From: a virus
Lineage: Duplodnaviria; Heunggongvirae; Uroviricota; Caudoviricetes
Virus record (IMG/VR): IMGVR_UViG_2870490042_000002
Direction: 5' to 3' (one strand)
Length of the DNA: 36,250 bases
Below, piece by piece: positions 17,538-27,504 of the stretch; positions within the stretch are counted from its first letter, which is position 1; every line of letters begins with the position of its first letter. The position numbers were made by a program, and so were the translations under genes. The notes below the pieces were generated by a model. The model searched no databases. It saw only the letters and a list, made by a program, of their open reading frames with translations, and was not told where the DNA came from.

Positions 17538-17967
17538 CGCCGTCCCTCAGATCCTGAATAACCCCGAGATGATGCGCATCTTTGCCGATGAGGGGAATAT
17601 CGATGCGCGTCTCGCAGACTCGCTGTCTCATGAAAAGAATTACACCCTGAATGTGATTGTCTGCGATTTTGTGGGCGACCCTGACCTGATTTTCGTGCCG
17701 GTGGCGGTGTGGCTGCGTGAGAACCAGCCGGATATCTGCACGCTGGATGAGGGGCGCAAAAAGGGCTATCGATTCCAGATGGATTTAAACGACGGTGATA
17801 ATGTGGATATCAGTATCAGCCTGCAACTCACCGAGCGCACCCTCGTCAGAGATGAAAACGGCGCGTTACACGTCAGCTATGCGCCTGAACCGCCATTACC
17901 TGAGCCTGTCACGCGACCGACTGAGCTGTATATCAATGGCGAGCTGGTGAGTAAGTGGGATGAATGA
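17500..17967 (+). CDS. R: Tail completion protein R (155 aa)
   Basis: ORF 17416..17967 trimmed to MQKMKSLRKAL. Colinear with P2 R as recalled, including C-terminal EPVTRPTELYINGELVSKWDE. Confidence 0.85.
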   Translation: MQKMKSLRKALNDAVPQILNNPEMMRIFADEGNIDARLADSLSHEKNYTLNVIVCDFVGDPDLIFVPVAVWLRENQPDICTLDEGRKKGYRFQMDLNDGDNVDISISLQLTERTLVRDENGALHVSYAPEPPLPEPVTRPTELYINGELVSKWDE

Positions 17968-18406
17968 ATTTAAGCCTTTTGATGACAAACTTGCGGGGTT
18001 GATTGCGGCAATATCACCGGCGGGTCGGCGTAAGCTGGCCGCTGAAATAGCAAAGCAACTGCGCAGATCGCAACAGCAACGCATCAAACAGCAAAAAGCG
18101 CCTGATGGCACGCCGTATCAGGCGCGAAAACGCCAGCCGCTCAGAGCGAAGAAAGGGCGTATTAAGCGGACGATGTTTCAGAAGTTGCGAACGAACCGCT
18201 ACATGAAAGCCAGAGGCCGCGATGATGCAGCGGTGGTCGAGTTTACCGGCAAGGTGCAACGTATTGCTCAGATTCATCAGCTCGGACTTAAAGACCGGCC
18301 AAACCCACATGCTCAGGACGTGCAATACCCAGAACGGCAGTTGCTTGGTGTTGACTTTGGAGACAATTTGTTGATTGAAAAATTGGTTATTGAACATCTA
18401 AATTGA
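17960..18406 (+). CDS. S: Tail completion protein S (148 aa)
   Basis: Size and position match P2 S. Overlaps the R stop. Confidence 0.85.
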   Translation: MNEFKPFDDKLAGLIAAISPAGRRKLAAEIAKQLRRSQQQRIKQQKAPDGTPYQARKRQPLRAKKGRIKRTMFQKLRTNRYMKARGRDDAAVVEFTGKVQRIAQIHQLGLKDRPNPHAQDVQYPERQLLGVDFGDNLLIEKLVIEHLN

Positions 18407-18455
18407 CTATTTACGGTTGCAAGTCTCATAAGACGAATCCTAGCTTACCGACCTT

Positions 18456-18484
18456 TTGACCTTAATCATAAAAAATGGTAAATA
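18456..18484 (+). promoter_or_regulatory. Sigma70-like promoter of the S-V cargo cassette
   Basis: -35 TTGACC (18456-18461), 17-bp spacer, -10 TAAATA (18479-18484). RBS AAGGA lies 7 nt before the ATG at 18542. Confidence 0.4.
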
Positions 18485-18541
18485 TTGTTGTTGTCTGCTA
18501 CCTCGTTGATTTTTTAAGCTTTTACTTACAAGGATTGAAGC

Positions 18542-19591
18542 ATGTCTAACGATGATAAAACATTGAATTTATTCCCCATAGATTATCCATTTGAGACTTT
18601 ATGTTCTAGGATGAAGTCCAATCCCATCAAACTAAAACTGAATCCAGACTTTCAAAGAAAGTACAAATGGGATCAGGACGGATGGCTGCGATCTTCAAAA
18701 TTCATTGAATCTTGTTTAATGCGTATTCCTCTTCCATCTTGTTACTTTGCAGAAGATGATAGCGGCAATCATATTGTAATTGATGGTGTTCAGCGATTAA
18801 CCACAATACAGAAATTTTTTGATGACGAGTTCGCTTTGGAGGGAATGACTACATTTAAAGAGCTTGAAGGGAAAAAGTTTTCTGAATTAGGATCTCTACG
18901 TTCAGAGTTAGAGTCGACAACAATAAGATGCATTGTTCTAAGAAAAGAAAATCCCAAAAAATTAATAAGAGAGATATTTTCTAGACTCAATCAGGGGGCA
19001 GTTAAACTTTCTGATCAAGAAATAAGACATGCGTTATATCCGGGAGGGTTTGATGAATTATTAGAAGAGTTAGGTAATATTGATGCCATTAAAAATTTTG
19101 GTTTGGCGGAAACAACTACAGTAAAAAGAGATAGTCGTGAGCCAGACGAACAAGTTTTGCGTTTTTTTGCATTTTATGAAGATAACTTTTTTGATTACTT
19201 TGATAGCTCCTTGAAAGAATTCTTGGATGATCATATGGAAAAATTTTCAGACTTAAAAGATGATGAACTGAATATTATGAGGGAGAGATTCAAAACATCA
19301 TTATCTAAGTGTGAAAAAATATTTGGTGAAGATGTATTTACAAACCCTACAGTTAGGAGAAAACGTAAAGGGTTAGTTCATTATGACATTTTAATGCCTA
19401 CAATTGGCAAGTTAAATGATGATATTGTAAATGAAAAGTCCGAACAAATACGGAATGCTTGGTTTACTCTTTGTTCAAGTGCTGAGTTCAAAAAAACTTT
19501 ATCAGGTGGGCTACAGAATAAGAGTTCGGTGATGAAGCGTAGGGCTAGTTGGGTGGCACTTCTTAAGGAAGTTATTGATGGAAAATACTGA
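18542..19591 (+). CDS. DUF262 (ParB/Srx-like nuclease/NTPase fold) protein, 349 aa
   Basis: Hallmark N-terminal block FQRKYKWDQDGWLRSSKFIESCLMRIPLPSCYF...IVIDGVQRLTTIQKFF (DGQQR-type motif). No DUF1524/HNH tail recognised. AT-rich. Confidence 0.8.
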   Translation: MSNDDKTLNLFPIDYPFETLCSRMKSNPIKLKLNPDFQRKYKWDQDGWLRSSKFIESCLMRIPLPSCYFAEDDSGNHIVIDGVQRLTTIQKFFDDEFALEGMTTFKELEGKKFSELGSLRSELESTTIRCIVLRKENPKKLIREIFSRLNQGAVKLSDQEIRHALYPGGFDELLEELGNIDAIKNFGLAETTTVKRDSREPDEQVLRFFAFYEDNFFDYFDSSLKEFLDDHMEKFSDLKDDELNIMRERFKTSLSKCEKIFGEDVFTNPTVRRKRKGLVHYDILMPTIGKLNDDIVNEKSEQIRNAWFTLCSSAEFKKTLSGGLQNKSSVMKRRASWVALLKEVIDGKY

Positions 19592-20156
19592 ATACTATGA
19601 TGGATATCGTTCATTATTTTTATCCTTAAAAGAAATTATTAAGGAGACGGAGCAACAGGCTATCCTTGAGGAAAATGAATTCTTCAATAAGAACATTAAT
19701 TTTTTTGTTAAATCGTATCTTATTACACTCTGCACTTATTTAGAGTCGTATTTGACTGAGGTTGCAACATGGCACTGCGATACCATCAATCGCAGGCTCA
19801 AAGCAGCCTGCTTGCCACACAATTTTTTGCTTTGGCGAGTCAAAAAAGATGTTAAAGATAAGGAGTTGAAATATATAGATGCTGATTTAAAGGTTGAGAA
19901 AAGTGAGGTGTCGGATAGCCTGTCTGGTAATCCTTACAAGACGATTAAGGCATTTTCTTATTTGGGTGTTAATCTTTTGAATTCGGCGGAATTTAATGCG
20001 AATAAGGATGTTGTGAATGCAGTGGTTGTAAAGAGAAATAACATTATTCATCATAACGACAATGCAAATGATATTAGTCTCACTGACGTAAGTGGTTATG
20101 TAGATCTGTTTGTATCCTATATGGCTGCGATAGATAATATGGTTTGTGGAAAATAA
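19578..20156 (+). CDS. HEPN-like protein with Rx4H motif (candidate RNase), 192 aa
   Basis: ATG at 19578 has RBS AAGGAAG and overlaps the upstream gene by 14 nt. Candidate catalytic motif in VVVKRNNIIHHNDN (R-x4-H). Family assignment from memory of HEPN-like families, unverified. Confidence 0.65.
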   Translation: MENTEYYDGYRSLFLSLKEIIKETEQQAILEENEFFNKNINFFVKSYLITLCTYLESYLTEVATWHCDTINRRLKAACLPHNFLLWRVKKDVKDKELKYIDADLKVEKSEVSDSLSGNPYKTIKAFSYLGVNLLNSAEFNANKDVVNAVVVKRNNIIHHNDNANDISLTDVSGYVDLFVSYMAAIDNMVCGK

Positions 20157-20171
20157 TGTTTTAATATTCGT

Positions 20172-20195
20172 GGGGCTGTTTGATAATTTAGCCCC
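20172..20195 (+). terminator. Weak hairpin downstream of the cargo cassette
   Basis: GGGGCT / AGCCCC stem with a 12-nt loop and no strong T-run. Confidence 0.3.
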
Positions 20196-20419
20196 ATATC
20201 TGCTTTGGTAAGGGTTCGGAAAATAATTTTATATCATGATGAAATGTCTATGAGATTTATTTCATTTCTAAGTTTTGCTATTTGATAAATCCTTTATGTG
20301 GCTCTCATTAATCTAATGGGATGAATTATACTGATATTTTAAAGCTGATAATTGTTGTTTCATCTCCCATAAAACTCCACTTGATTGCCACTAGCCTTTC
20401 CAGTCGGCATCCTTTCCAC

Positions 20420-21061
20420 ATGAATAATTTAAATTCTTTACAGGAAATCGCTCGGGCGATCCGCAACCTTATCCGCACCGGCATTGTGACCGACGTCGAC
20501 CCCGTCGAGGGGCTTTGTCGTGTACAGACCGGCGGGATGCAAACCACCTGGCTTAACTGGCTGACCTGCCGCGCCGGCCGCTCGCGGGTGTGGTGGGCTC
20601 CTTCTGTTGGCGAGCAGGTGCTCATTCTTGCCATTGGTGGCGAGCTGGACACAGCCTTTGTGCTGCCCGGCATTTTCTCTGATGACCATCCTGCGCCGTC
20701 GGCCTCGTCCGATGCGTTTCACGTCACTTTTCCTGACGGGGCGGTTATCGAGTACGAACCCGAAAACGGGGCGCTCACCGTATCCGGTATTAAAACCGCC
20801 GACGTTACCGCGTCGGAGTCCATTACCGCCATCGTGCCGGTGGTGCTAGTGAAAGCCGAAACCCGCATTACCCTCGATACTCCCGAGGTGGTGTGTACCA
20901 ACAAGCTCATCACCGGCACGCTCGAGGTGAAAAAAGGCGGGACGATGTCGGGGAACATCGAGCACACCGAAGGGAAATTTACCTCAAACGGCGTGCAGGT
21001 CGATGCCCACGATCATGGTGGCGTGGAGCCGGGCGGAAACTGGACGAAGGGGGTCAAATGA
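20420..21061 (+). CDS. V: Baseplate assembly/spike protein V (213 aa)
   Basis: ORF 20321..21061 trimmed to MNNLNSLQEIARAIRNL. Size and position match P2 V. Confidence 0.85.
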   Translation: MNNLNSLQEIARAIRNLIRTGIVTDVDPVEGLCRVQTGGMQTTWLNWLTCRAGRSRVWWAPSVGEQVLILAIGGELDTAFVLPGIFSDDHPAPSASSDAFHVTFPDGAVIEYEPENGALTVSGIKTADVTASESITAIVPVVLVKAETRITLDTPEVVCTNKLITGTLEVKKGGTMSGNIEHTEGKFTSNGVQVDAHDHGGVEPGGNWTKGVK

Positions 21062-21408
21062 CGGTGCGTTATCTGGGAATGAACAGCCAGACCGGCCTCA
21101 GTATTTCTGAAGTTGAGCACATCAGGCAAAGCGTGCGCGACATTCTGGTCACGCCAGTGGGCTCGCGCGTCATGCGCCGCGAATATGGCTCGCTGTTGTC
21201 TGCACTGATTGACCAGCCGCAGACCCCGGCGCTGCGTCTGCAGATTATGGCCGCGTGCTACTCCGCGATCCAGAGGTGGGAACCGCGCGTCAGTTTGTCG
21301 ACCATCACCGTTGAACGCGGAGAGGATGACGGCGCGATGTACGTCGATATGACCGGCACGCGTTCGGCATCAGGCCAGCCTTTTTCTATCACCCTTCCAC
21401 TGAGTTAA
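21058..21408 (+). CDS. W: Baseplate protein W (gp25-like), 116 aa
   Basis: ATG at 21058 overlaps the V stop (ATGA). MTVRYLGMNSQTGLSISEVEHIRQS. Size matches P2 W. Confidence 0.85.
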   Translation: MTVRYLGMNSQTGLSISEVEHIRQSVRDILVTPVGSRVMRREYGSLLSALIDQPQTPALRLQIMAACYSAIQRWEPRVSLSTITVERGEDDGAMYVDMTGTRSASGQPFSITLPLS

Positions 21409-21413
21409 ACGTT

Positions 21414-22322
21414 ATGGCTATTGTTGACCTGAGCCAGCTCGCCGCACCTGATGTTGTGGAAGAGTTGGATTATGAAACCATCCTGACAGAGCGAAAGGTG
21501 ACGCTCGTCTCACTCTATCCCGAAGAGCAACAGGACGCGGTAGCGCGTACGCTGACGCTTGAATCTGAGCCGATTGTGAAGCTGTTGCAGGAAAATGCTT
21601 ATCGGGAGATTATCTGGCGTCAGCGGGTGAATGAGTCGGCACGGGCGGTGATGCTGGCTTACGCTGCCGGTCATGACCTTGATAACCTCGGCGCAAATTA
21701 CAATGTTGAGCGTCTCGTTATTACGCCTGCTGATGAGACCACGCTGCCGCCAACGCCTGCCGTCATGGAATCGGACACCGATTACCGTCTGCGAATTCAA
21801 CAGGCTTTTGAGGGAATGAGCGTGGCCGGGTCGACCGGTGCGTATCAGTTTCATGGCCGCAGTGCTGACGGGCGGGTCGCCGATATTTCTGTTATCAGCC
21901 CGCAGCCTGCCTGCGTGACCGTGTCGGTACTGTCCCGGGAGAATAACGGCGCGGCATCCGGGGAACTGCTCGCCGTGGTGCGTAATGCTCTCAACGATGA
22001 GGATGTGAGGCCGGTTGCTGACCGCGTGACCGTGCAGTCGGCGGTCATTGTCGACTACACCATCGATGCCGCGCTTTATCTTTATCCCGGCCCCGAAAGC
22101 GAGCCGGTGCTCAGTGCGGCAAAAGCGAAGCTGCAGGCTTATATCAACGCGCAGCACCGGCTCGGGCGCGATATCCGCAAGTCTGCCATCTATGCCGCGC
22201 TTTACGTCGAGGGGGTGCAGCGTGTCGAACTTGTCGCGCCGGTCGCTGACATCGTACTCAATGAGACACAGGCGTCATATTGCACTGCTTACAGCGTAAA
22301 CATCGGGGGCAACGATGAGTGA
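21414..22322 (+). CDS. J: Baseplate assembly protein J (302 aa)
   Basis: 302 aa, same as P2 J; syntenic. Confidence 0.9.
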   Translation: MAIVDLSQLAAPDVVEELDYETILTERKVTLVSLYPEEQQDAVARTLTLESEPIVKLLQENAYREIIWRQRVNESARAVMLAYAAGHDLDNLGANYNVERLVITPADETTLPPTPAVMESDTDYRLRIQQAFEGMSVAGSTGAYQFHGRSADGRVADISVISPQPACVTVSVLSRENNGAASGELLAVVRNALNDEDVRPVADRVTVQSAVIVDYTIDAALYLYPGPESEPVLSAAKAKLQAYINAQHRLGRDIRKSAIYAALYVEGVQRVELVAPVADIVLNETQASYCTAYSVNIGGNDE

Positions 22323-22845
22323 TACCCGTCTGCTGCCGGTGGGCTCGTCGCCGCTTGAGGTGGCGGCGGCGCGCGCCTGCGCGGATATCGAAAATACGCC
22401 CGTCCCGCTGCGTCGTCTATGGAACCCTGACAACTGCCCCGCGAATCTGCTGCCGTGGCTGGCCTGGGCGTTTTCGGTTGATCGCTGGGATGAGAGCTGG
22501 CCGGAAGAAACCAAACGCGAGGTTATCCGCAGCACGTGGTTTATCCATGCGCATAAAGGGACGATAGGTGCGGTGCGTCGTGTGGTCGAGCCGCTCGGGT
22601 ATCTGATTAACGTGACGGAGTGGTGGGAGACGAACGACCCCCCGGGCACGTTTCGCCTTGATATCGGCGTGCTGGAGACCGGTATCACCGAGGAAATGTA
22701 TTACGAAATGGAAAGGCTGATTGCCGATGCAAAGCCAGCCAGCCGCCATCTTATTGGCCTGAATATTATCCAGGACATACCGGGTTATCTCTTCACCGGA
22801 GCCCTGACCTGGGACGGCGACATCATCACGGTTTACCCCGGATAA
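22315..22845 (+). CDS. I: Baseplate/tail protein I (176 aa)
   Basis: 176 aa, same as P2 I. Overlaps the J stop. Confidence 0.85.
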   Translation: MSDTRLLPVGSSPLEVAAARACADIENTPVPLRRLWNPDNCPANLLPWLAWAFSVDRWDESWPEETKREVIRSTWFIHAHKGTIGAVRRVVEPLGYLINVTEWWETNDPPGTFRLDIGVLETGITEEMYYEMERLIADAKPASRHLIGLNIIQDIPGYLFTGALTWDGDIITVYPG

Positions 22846-22856
22846 GTGAGAACACA

Positions 22857-24542
22857 ATGACAGTGAAATATAAAACCGTTATCACCCGAGCCGGTGCGGA
22901 AAAACTGGCGGCGGCGACGCTCCCGAACGGGAAGAAAGTCAATTTTGCTGTGATGGCCGTCGGGGACGGCGGCGGAAAACTGCCCGAACCGGACGCCAGC
23001 CAGACAAAACTCGTCAATGAGGTCTGGCGTCATGTCCTGAACAAAATCAGCCAGGACAAAAAACATAAAAATTATGTCGTGGCGGAGCTGGTGATCCCCC
23101 CGGAGACCGGCGGTTTCTGGCTGCGTGAAATGGGGCTTTACGATGACACCGGCACGCTGATTGCGGTCGGCAATATGGCCGAAAGCTACAAACCCGAGCT
23201 GGCGGAAGGATCAGGTCGTGCGCAGACGCTGCGTATGGTGATCATGGTGAGTGATATCGACACGGTCGAGTTGTCCATCGATACCACGCTGGTGATGGCG
23301 ACGCAGGATTATGTCGACGACAAACTCGCAGAGCATGAGCAGTCCCGCCGCCATCCTGACGCCACGCTGAAAGAAAAAGGGTTCACGCAGTTAAGCAGTG
23401 CGACCGACAGCACGTCTGAGGCGCTCGCCGCGACACCGAAAGCGGTTAAGGCGGCGTATGACCTTGCGAAAGGTAAATACTCGGCTCAGGATGCGACCAC
23501 GGCGCAGAAAGGGATTGTTCAGCTCAGTAGCGCCATCGACAGCGTGTCTGAGACGCTCGCCGCAACGCCAAAAGCGGTGAAAGCGGCGAATGATAATGCT
23601 GATGGCCGCGTTCCTTCCTCGCGCAAAATTAACGGACACTCCCTGAATGCTGACACCAGTGTTACCTCGCAGGATATTTTCGACGACCAGGCTATTGGGC
23701 TGGTAACGGAGGATTTAGACACCCTTAAAACGCCGGGTATTTACTTTCAGCCAGCGAATTCTAATACCTCAGCCGCCAGACATTACCCTGAAAATAACGC
23801 CGGGACGCTGGTCATTTATAAAAATGCCGGAGTGACTCAGGTATACCGGGTTTATAACAGCTCCCGGAGCTACTCGCGCAGTCAGTATTCAACAGGCGCA
23901 TGGACACCGTGGACGCCTGATGATGTTTTTCCGGTAGGCGCTCCCGTTGCGTGGCCGTCTGACAGTGTTCCTGCTGGCTATGCCGTCATGCAGGGACAAA
24001 CTTTTGATAAAGCCGCGTATCCGCTGCTTGCTGTGGTGTACCCATCGGGTGTTATTCCTGATATGCGGGGCTGGACAATCAAAGGTAAACCCGCAAGTGG
24101 GCGCGCTATTTTGTCTCAGGAGCAGGACGGCATTAAATCGCACGCCCACGGTGCCAGCGCATCGAGCACCGATTTAGGGACGAAAACCACCAGTGCTTTT
24201 GACCACGGAACGAAAACCACCACGACCTTTGACTACGGGACAAAAACCACTAATGCAACCGGCAACCATGCGCACACTTTTACCGTACACCGGGGAGATC
24301 AGGCCGGGGGACAGGCCGCCGACGGTAACGAAATAGCGACGGGAACGAAAACAACATCAACTGCAGGTAATCACGCGCATACCGTGGCGATTGGTGCCCA
24401 CAATCATAATGTCGGGATTGGCGCACACTCGCACTCCGTTGCTATTGGCGCACACGGTCACACCATTACGATCGCCGCGTCGGGTAATGCAGAAAACACC
24501 ATCAAAAACATCGCATTTAACTATATCGTGAGACTCGCATAA
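22857..24542 (+). CDS. H: Tail fiber protein H (561 aa) with repetitive His-rich C-terminal domain
   Basis: Conserved N-terminus [28 protein letters not shown]...AVGDGGG. C-terminus carries tandem repeats and HxH motifs. Confidence 0.85.
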   Translation: MTVKYKTVITRAGAEKLAAATLPNGKKVNFAVMAVGDGGGKLPEPDASQTKLVNEVWRHVLNKISQDKKHKNYVVAELVIPPETGGFWLREMGLYDDTGTLIAVGNMAESYKPELAEGSGRAQTLRMVIMVSDIDTVELSIDTTLVMATQDYVDDKLAEHEQSRRHPDATLKEKGFTQLSSATDSTSEALAATPKAVKAAYDLAKGKYSAQDATTAQKGIVQLSSAIDSVSETLAATPKAVKAANDNADGRVPSSRKINGHSLNADTSVTSQDIFDDQAIGLVTEDLDTLKTPGIYFQPANSNTSAARHYPENNAGTLVIYKNAGVTQVYRVYNSSRSYSRSQYSTGAWTPWTPDDVFPVGAPVAWPSDSVPAGYAVMQGQTFDKAAYPLLAVVYPSGVIPDMRGWTIKGKPASGRAILSQEQDGIKSHAHGASASSTDLGTKTTSAFDHGTKTTTTFDYGTKTTNATGNHAHTFTVHRGDQAGGQAADGNEIATGTKTTSTAGNHAHTVAIGAHNHNVGIGAHSHSVAIGAHGHTITIAASGNAENTIKNIAFNYIVRLA

Positions 24543-25120
24543 TGACGTTTAAAATGACCGGAGAAAGCCGGACTATCACTGTGTATAACTTTCGTGCAGA
24601 CACCTGTGAATTTATTGGAAAAGGTGACGCCCTGATACCGGCATTTACCGGATTGCCCGCCTGCTGCACCAGTGAAAAGCCCCCGGAAACCCGAGACGGA
24701 TTTATTCCGGTTTATGACACTGAAAATGGTTGCTGGGCTATCACTGAAGACCACCGGGGTGAGGTTGTCTATGACACCGAAACAGGTCATGAGAGGGAGA
24801 TAACCGAGCCGGGTCAGTATCCGGCAGGAACAACACCGGTTGTGCCGGAAAACCCGTGGCAGAAATGGGATGGTAAAACATGGGTTGATGATGCTGATGC
24901 TGCACGTAATGCATTGACAGAGGCTGCGAAAAACAACAAAAACAGGCTTCTTAAACAGGCCAATACTGCGGTTGCGACATTACAGGACTCCGTTGATCTG
25001 GAGATGGCAACCGACGATGAAAAAACGCACCTCATTGCATGGAAAAAATACCGTGTTTTACTGAGCCGCATCCAGCCGGAGGATGCTCCGGATATTGAAT
25101 GGCCGCCGCTGCCAGTCTGA
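24542..25120 (+). CDS. G: Tail fiber assembly chaperone G
   Basis: 192 aa directly after H with a start/stop overlap. C-terminus THLIAWKKYRVLLSRIQPEDAPDIEWPPLPV is typical of Tfa proteins. Confidence 0.8.
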   Translation: MTFKMTGESRTITVYNFRADTCEFIGKGDALIPAFTGLPACCTSEKPPETRDGFIPVYDTENGCWAITEDHRGEVVYDTETGHEREITEPGQYPAGTTPVVPENPWQKWDGKTWVDDADAARNALTEAAKNNKNRLLKQANTAVATLQDSVDLEMATDDEKTHLIAWKKYRVLLSRIQPEDAPDIEWPPLPV

Positions 25121-25130
25121 TCCGACATCT

Positions 25131-25156
25131 GGCGGGCAGTTGCCCGCCTTTTCCTT
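25131..25156 (+). terminator. Rho-independent terminator after G
   Basis: GGCGGG-cagttg-CCCGCC hairpin followed by TTTTCCTTT. Confidence 0.5.
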
Positions 25157-25255
25157 TCCCGTCGTTGTGTCAGACCTTAGCCAACCCTGACAAATAGCCC
25201 GCACCCGCCACACAACAGAAAATATCACTCACCCCTTAACCACGGAGTTAAACGG

Positions 25256-26449
25256 ATGAGTGACTATCATCACGGCGTGCAGGTCATCGAGATTAACGAT
25301 GGCGTGCGCACCATTTCCACCGTTTCGACGGCCATCATCGGCATGGTCTGCACGGCCAGCGATGCTGACGAAAAAACATTTCTCCTCAATGAGCCGGTGC
25401 TCATTACGAACGTGCAGAGCGCTATCGGTAAGGCCGGTAAACAGGGCTCGCTGTCGGCGTCCCTGCAGGCTATCGCTGACCAGTGCAAGCCGGTCATCGT
25501 GGCCGTGCGTGTGGCCGAAGGTATTGAAGATCCGGAGAACCCCGAGGCGGCGCACAAACAGACCATTTCTAATATCATCGGCACCACCGACGAAAACGGC
25601 AAATATACCGGGCTGAAAGCCCTGCTGACGGCGAAAACCGTCACCGGCGTTAAGCCACGGATTCTCGGCGTGCCGGGGCTGGATTCACAGGAGGTGGCGA
25701 CCGCACTCGCGTCCACCTGTCAGAGCCTGCGCGCCTTTGGCTATGTCAGCGCATGGGGCTGTAAAACCATTTCCGAGGCCATCGACTACCGCGAGAATTT
25801 CAGCCAGCGTGAGCTGATGGTCATCTTCCCTGATTTTCTGGCATGGGACACCACGGCGAACGCGACTGCGACAGCCTGGGCGACGGCGCGCGCGCTCGGC
25901 CTGCGTGCCAAAATCGACCAGACGGTCGGCTGGCATAAAACCCTGTCTAACGTTGGCGTTAACGGTGTGACCGGCGTCAGTGCCTCAGTATCGTGGGATT
26001 TGCAGGAACCGGCGACCGACGCCAACCTGCTGAATCAGGCCGGTGTCACCACGCTTATCCGCAATGATGGTTTCAAGTTTTGGGGAAACCGTACCTGCTC
26101 GGATGATCCGCTTTTCCTGTTTGAGAACTACACCCGCACCGCGCAGGTACTGGCCGACACGATGGCGGAGGCGCACGCGTGGGCGATGGATAAACCCATT
26201 ACCCCGACCCTCATTCGCGACATCGTTTCCGGTATCAATGCCAAATTCCGCGAGCTGAAAACCAGTGGTTATATCGTTGACGGCTTCTGCTGGTACGACC
26301 CGGAGTCGAACGACACCGCGACCCTGAAAGTGGGGAAACTGTATATCGATTACGACTATACCCCCGTCCCGCCGCTGGAAAACCTGACCCTGCGCCAGCG
26401 CATCACCGATACCTATCTGGCGAACCTGTCGGACTCGGTCAACAGCTAA
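25256..26449 (+). CDS. FI: Tail sheath protein FI (397 aa)
   Basis: Size and synteny match P2 FI. Confidence 0.9.
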   Translation: MSDYHHGVQVIEINDGVRTISTVSTAIIGMVCTASDADEKTFLLNEPVLITNVQSAIGKAGKQGSLSASLQAIADQCKPVIVAVRVAEGIEDPENPEAAHKQTISNIIGTTDENGKYTGLKALLTAKTVTGVKPRILGVPGLDSQEVATALASTCQSLRAFGYVSAWGCKTISEAIDYRENFSQRELMVIFPDFLAWDTTANATATAWATARALGLRAKIDQTVGWHKTLSNVGVNGVTGVSASVSWDLQEPATDANLLNQAGVTTLIRNDGFKFWGNRTCSDDPLFLFENYTRTAQVLADTMAEAHAWAMDKPITPTLIRDIVSGINAKFRELKTSGYIVDGFCWYDPESNDTATLKVGKLYIDYDYTPVPPLENLTLRQRITDTYLANLSDSVNS

Positions 26450-26461
26450 GGAGCTCTGAGC

Positions 26462-26980
26462 ATGGCGTTACCCCGCAAACTGAAATACCTGAATATGTTC
26501 AACGATGGCCTCAGCTATATGGGCGTTGTTGAATCCGTCACCCTGCCAAAACTGACCCGCAAGCTGGAGAAATATCGCGGCGGCGGGATGCCGGGGGCGG
26601 TGTCGGTTGACCTTGGCCTCGATGACGATGCGCTGTCGCTTGAGTGGACGCTCGGCGGTCTGCCTGACATTGAATTGTGGGCGCAGTACGCCTCACCGGG
26701 TGCTGACAGCGTGCCGCTGCGTTTTACCGGCTCTTATCAGCGTGACGACACCGGCGCGATTTCTGCCGTCGAGGTGGTGATGCGTGGCCGTCATAAAGAA
26801 TACGACGGCGGTGAAAACAAGCAGGGCGAAAGCGGTACAACCAAAATGGCGACCGAGTGCGCCTATTACCAGCTCACGATCGACGGCAAAGAAGTCATCG
26901 AGATTGACGTGATCAACATGGTGCTGAAAGTCGACGGTGTCGACCGTATGGCAGAGCACCGCAAGGTGATTGGCCTGTAA
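26462..26980 (+). CDS. FII: Tail tube protein FII (172 aa)
   Basis: 172 aa, same as P2 FII. Confidence 0.9.
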   Translation: MALPRKLKYLNMFNDGLSYMGVVESVTLPKLTRKLEKYRGGGMPGAVSVDLGLDDDALSLEWTLGGLPDIELWAQYASPGADSVPLRFTGSYQRDDTGAISAVEVVMRGRHKEYDGGENKQGESGTTKMATECAYYQLTIDGKEVIEIDVINMVLKVDGVDRMAEHRKVIGL

Positions 26981-27034
26981 TCCTTCAACCGGTCAGTGAG
27001 GCTGGCCGGTCATTTACCCTGATGAGAAATTCGC

Positions 27035-27349
27035 ATGAAAAATATCAATGAGACTGCTGTTGCTGACACTGAGAACGTCAATCCGAATGTCGTTATTTTT
27101 GACACCCCGCTGATGCGCGGTGAGCAGAAAGTTGAGCAGGTCACCTTAACCAAACCGAATGCGGGAACCCTGCGCGGGGTGTCGCTGGCGTCGCTGGCAA
27201 ATTCCGACGTTGATGCGCTGATTAAGGTGCTGCCGCGCATGACATATCCGGCACTGACCGAGCACGAGCTCGCGCGTCTGGATGCGTCAGACCTGATTTC
27301 ACTGGCCGGTAAGGTGGTCGGTTTTTTGTCACCAGCTTCGGGTCGCTGA
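27035..27349 (+). CDS. E: Tail assembly chaperone E
   Basis: Position between FII and T. Ends just after the slippery TTTTTTG. Confidence 0.8.
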   Translation: MKNINETAVADTENVNPNVVIFDTPLMRGEQKVEQVTLTKPNAGTLRGVSLASLANSDVDALIKVLPRMTYPALTEHELARLDASDLISLAGKVVGFLSPASGR

Positions 27350-27504
27350 CCTTCCCGGAAAAACTGTCGGTCGATGACCTGATGGCGGATATTGCGGTGA
27401 TCTTCCACTGGCCGCCATCAGAGCTAAATTCCCTGAGTGTGACCGAGCTCCTGACATGGCGCGATAAGGCGCTGCAACGAAGCGGAAGCCATCATGAGCA
27501 ATAA
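27035..27504 (+). CDS. E+E' frameshift-extended tail chaperone (-1 programmed frameshift at TTTTTTG, 27322-27328)
   Basis: After the heptamer the -1 frame reads FFVTSFGSLTFPEKLSVDDLMADIAVIFHWPPSELNSLSVTELLTWRDKALQRSGSHHEQ to the TAA at 27502-27504, overlapping the T start. Confidence 0.6.

Noticed and set aside
24170-24490. Possible CRISPR-like or other non-coding repeat array
   Set aside because: The repeats are in frame within tail fiber gene H and encode peptide repeats (GTKTT, HxH); no CRISPR repeat-spacer organisation or cas genes anywhere in the window.
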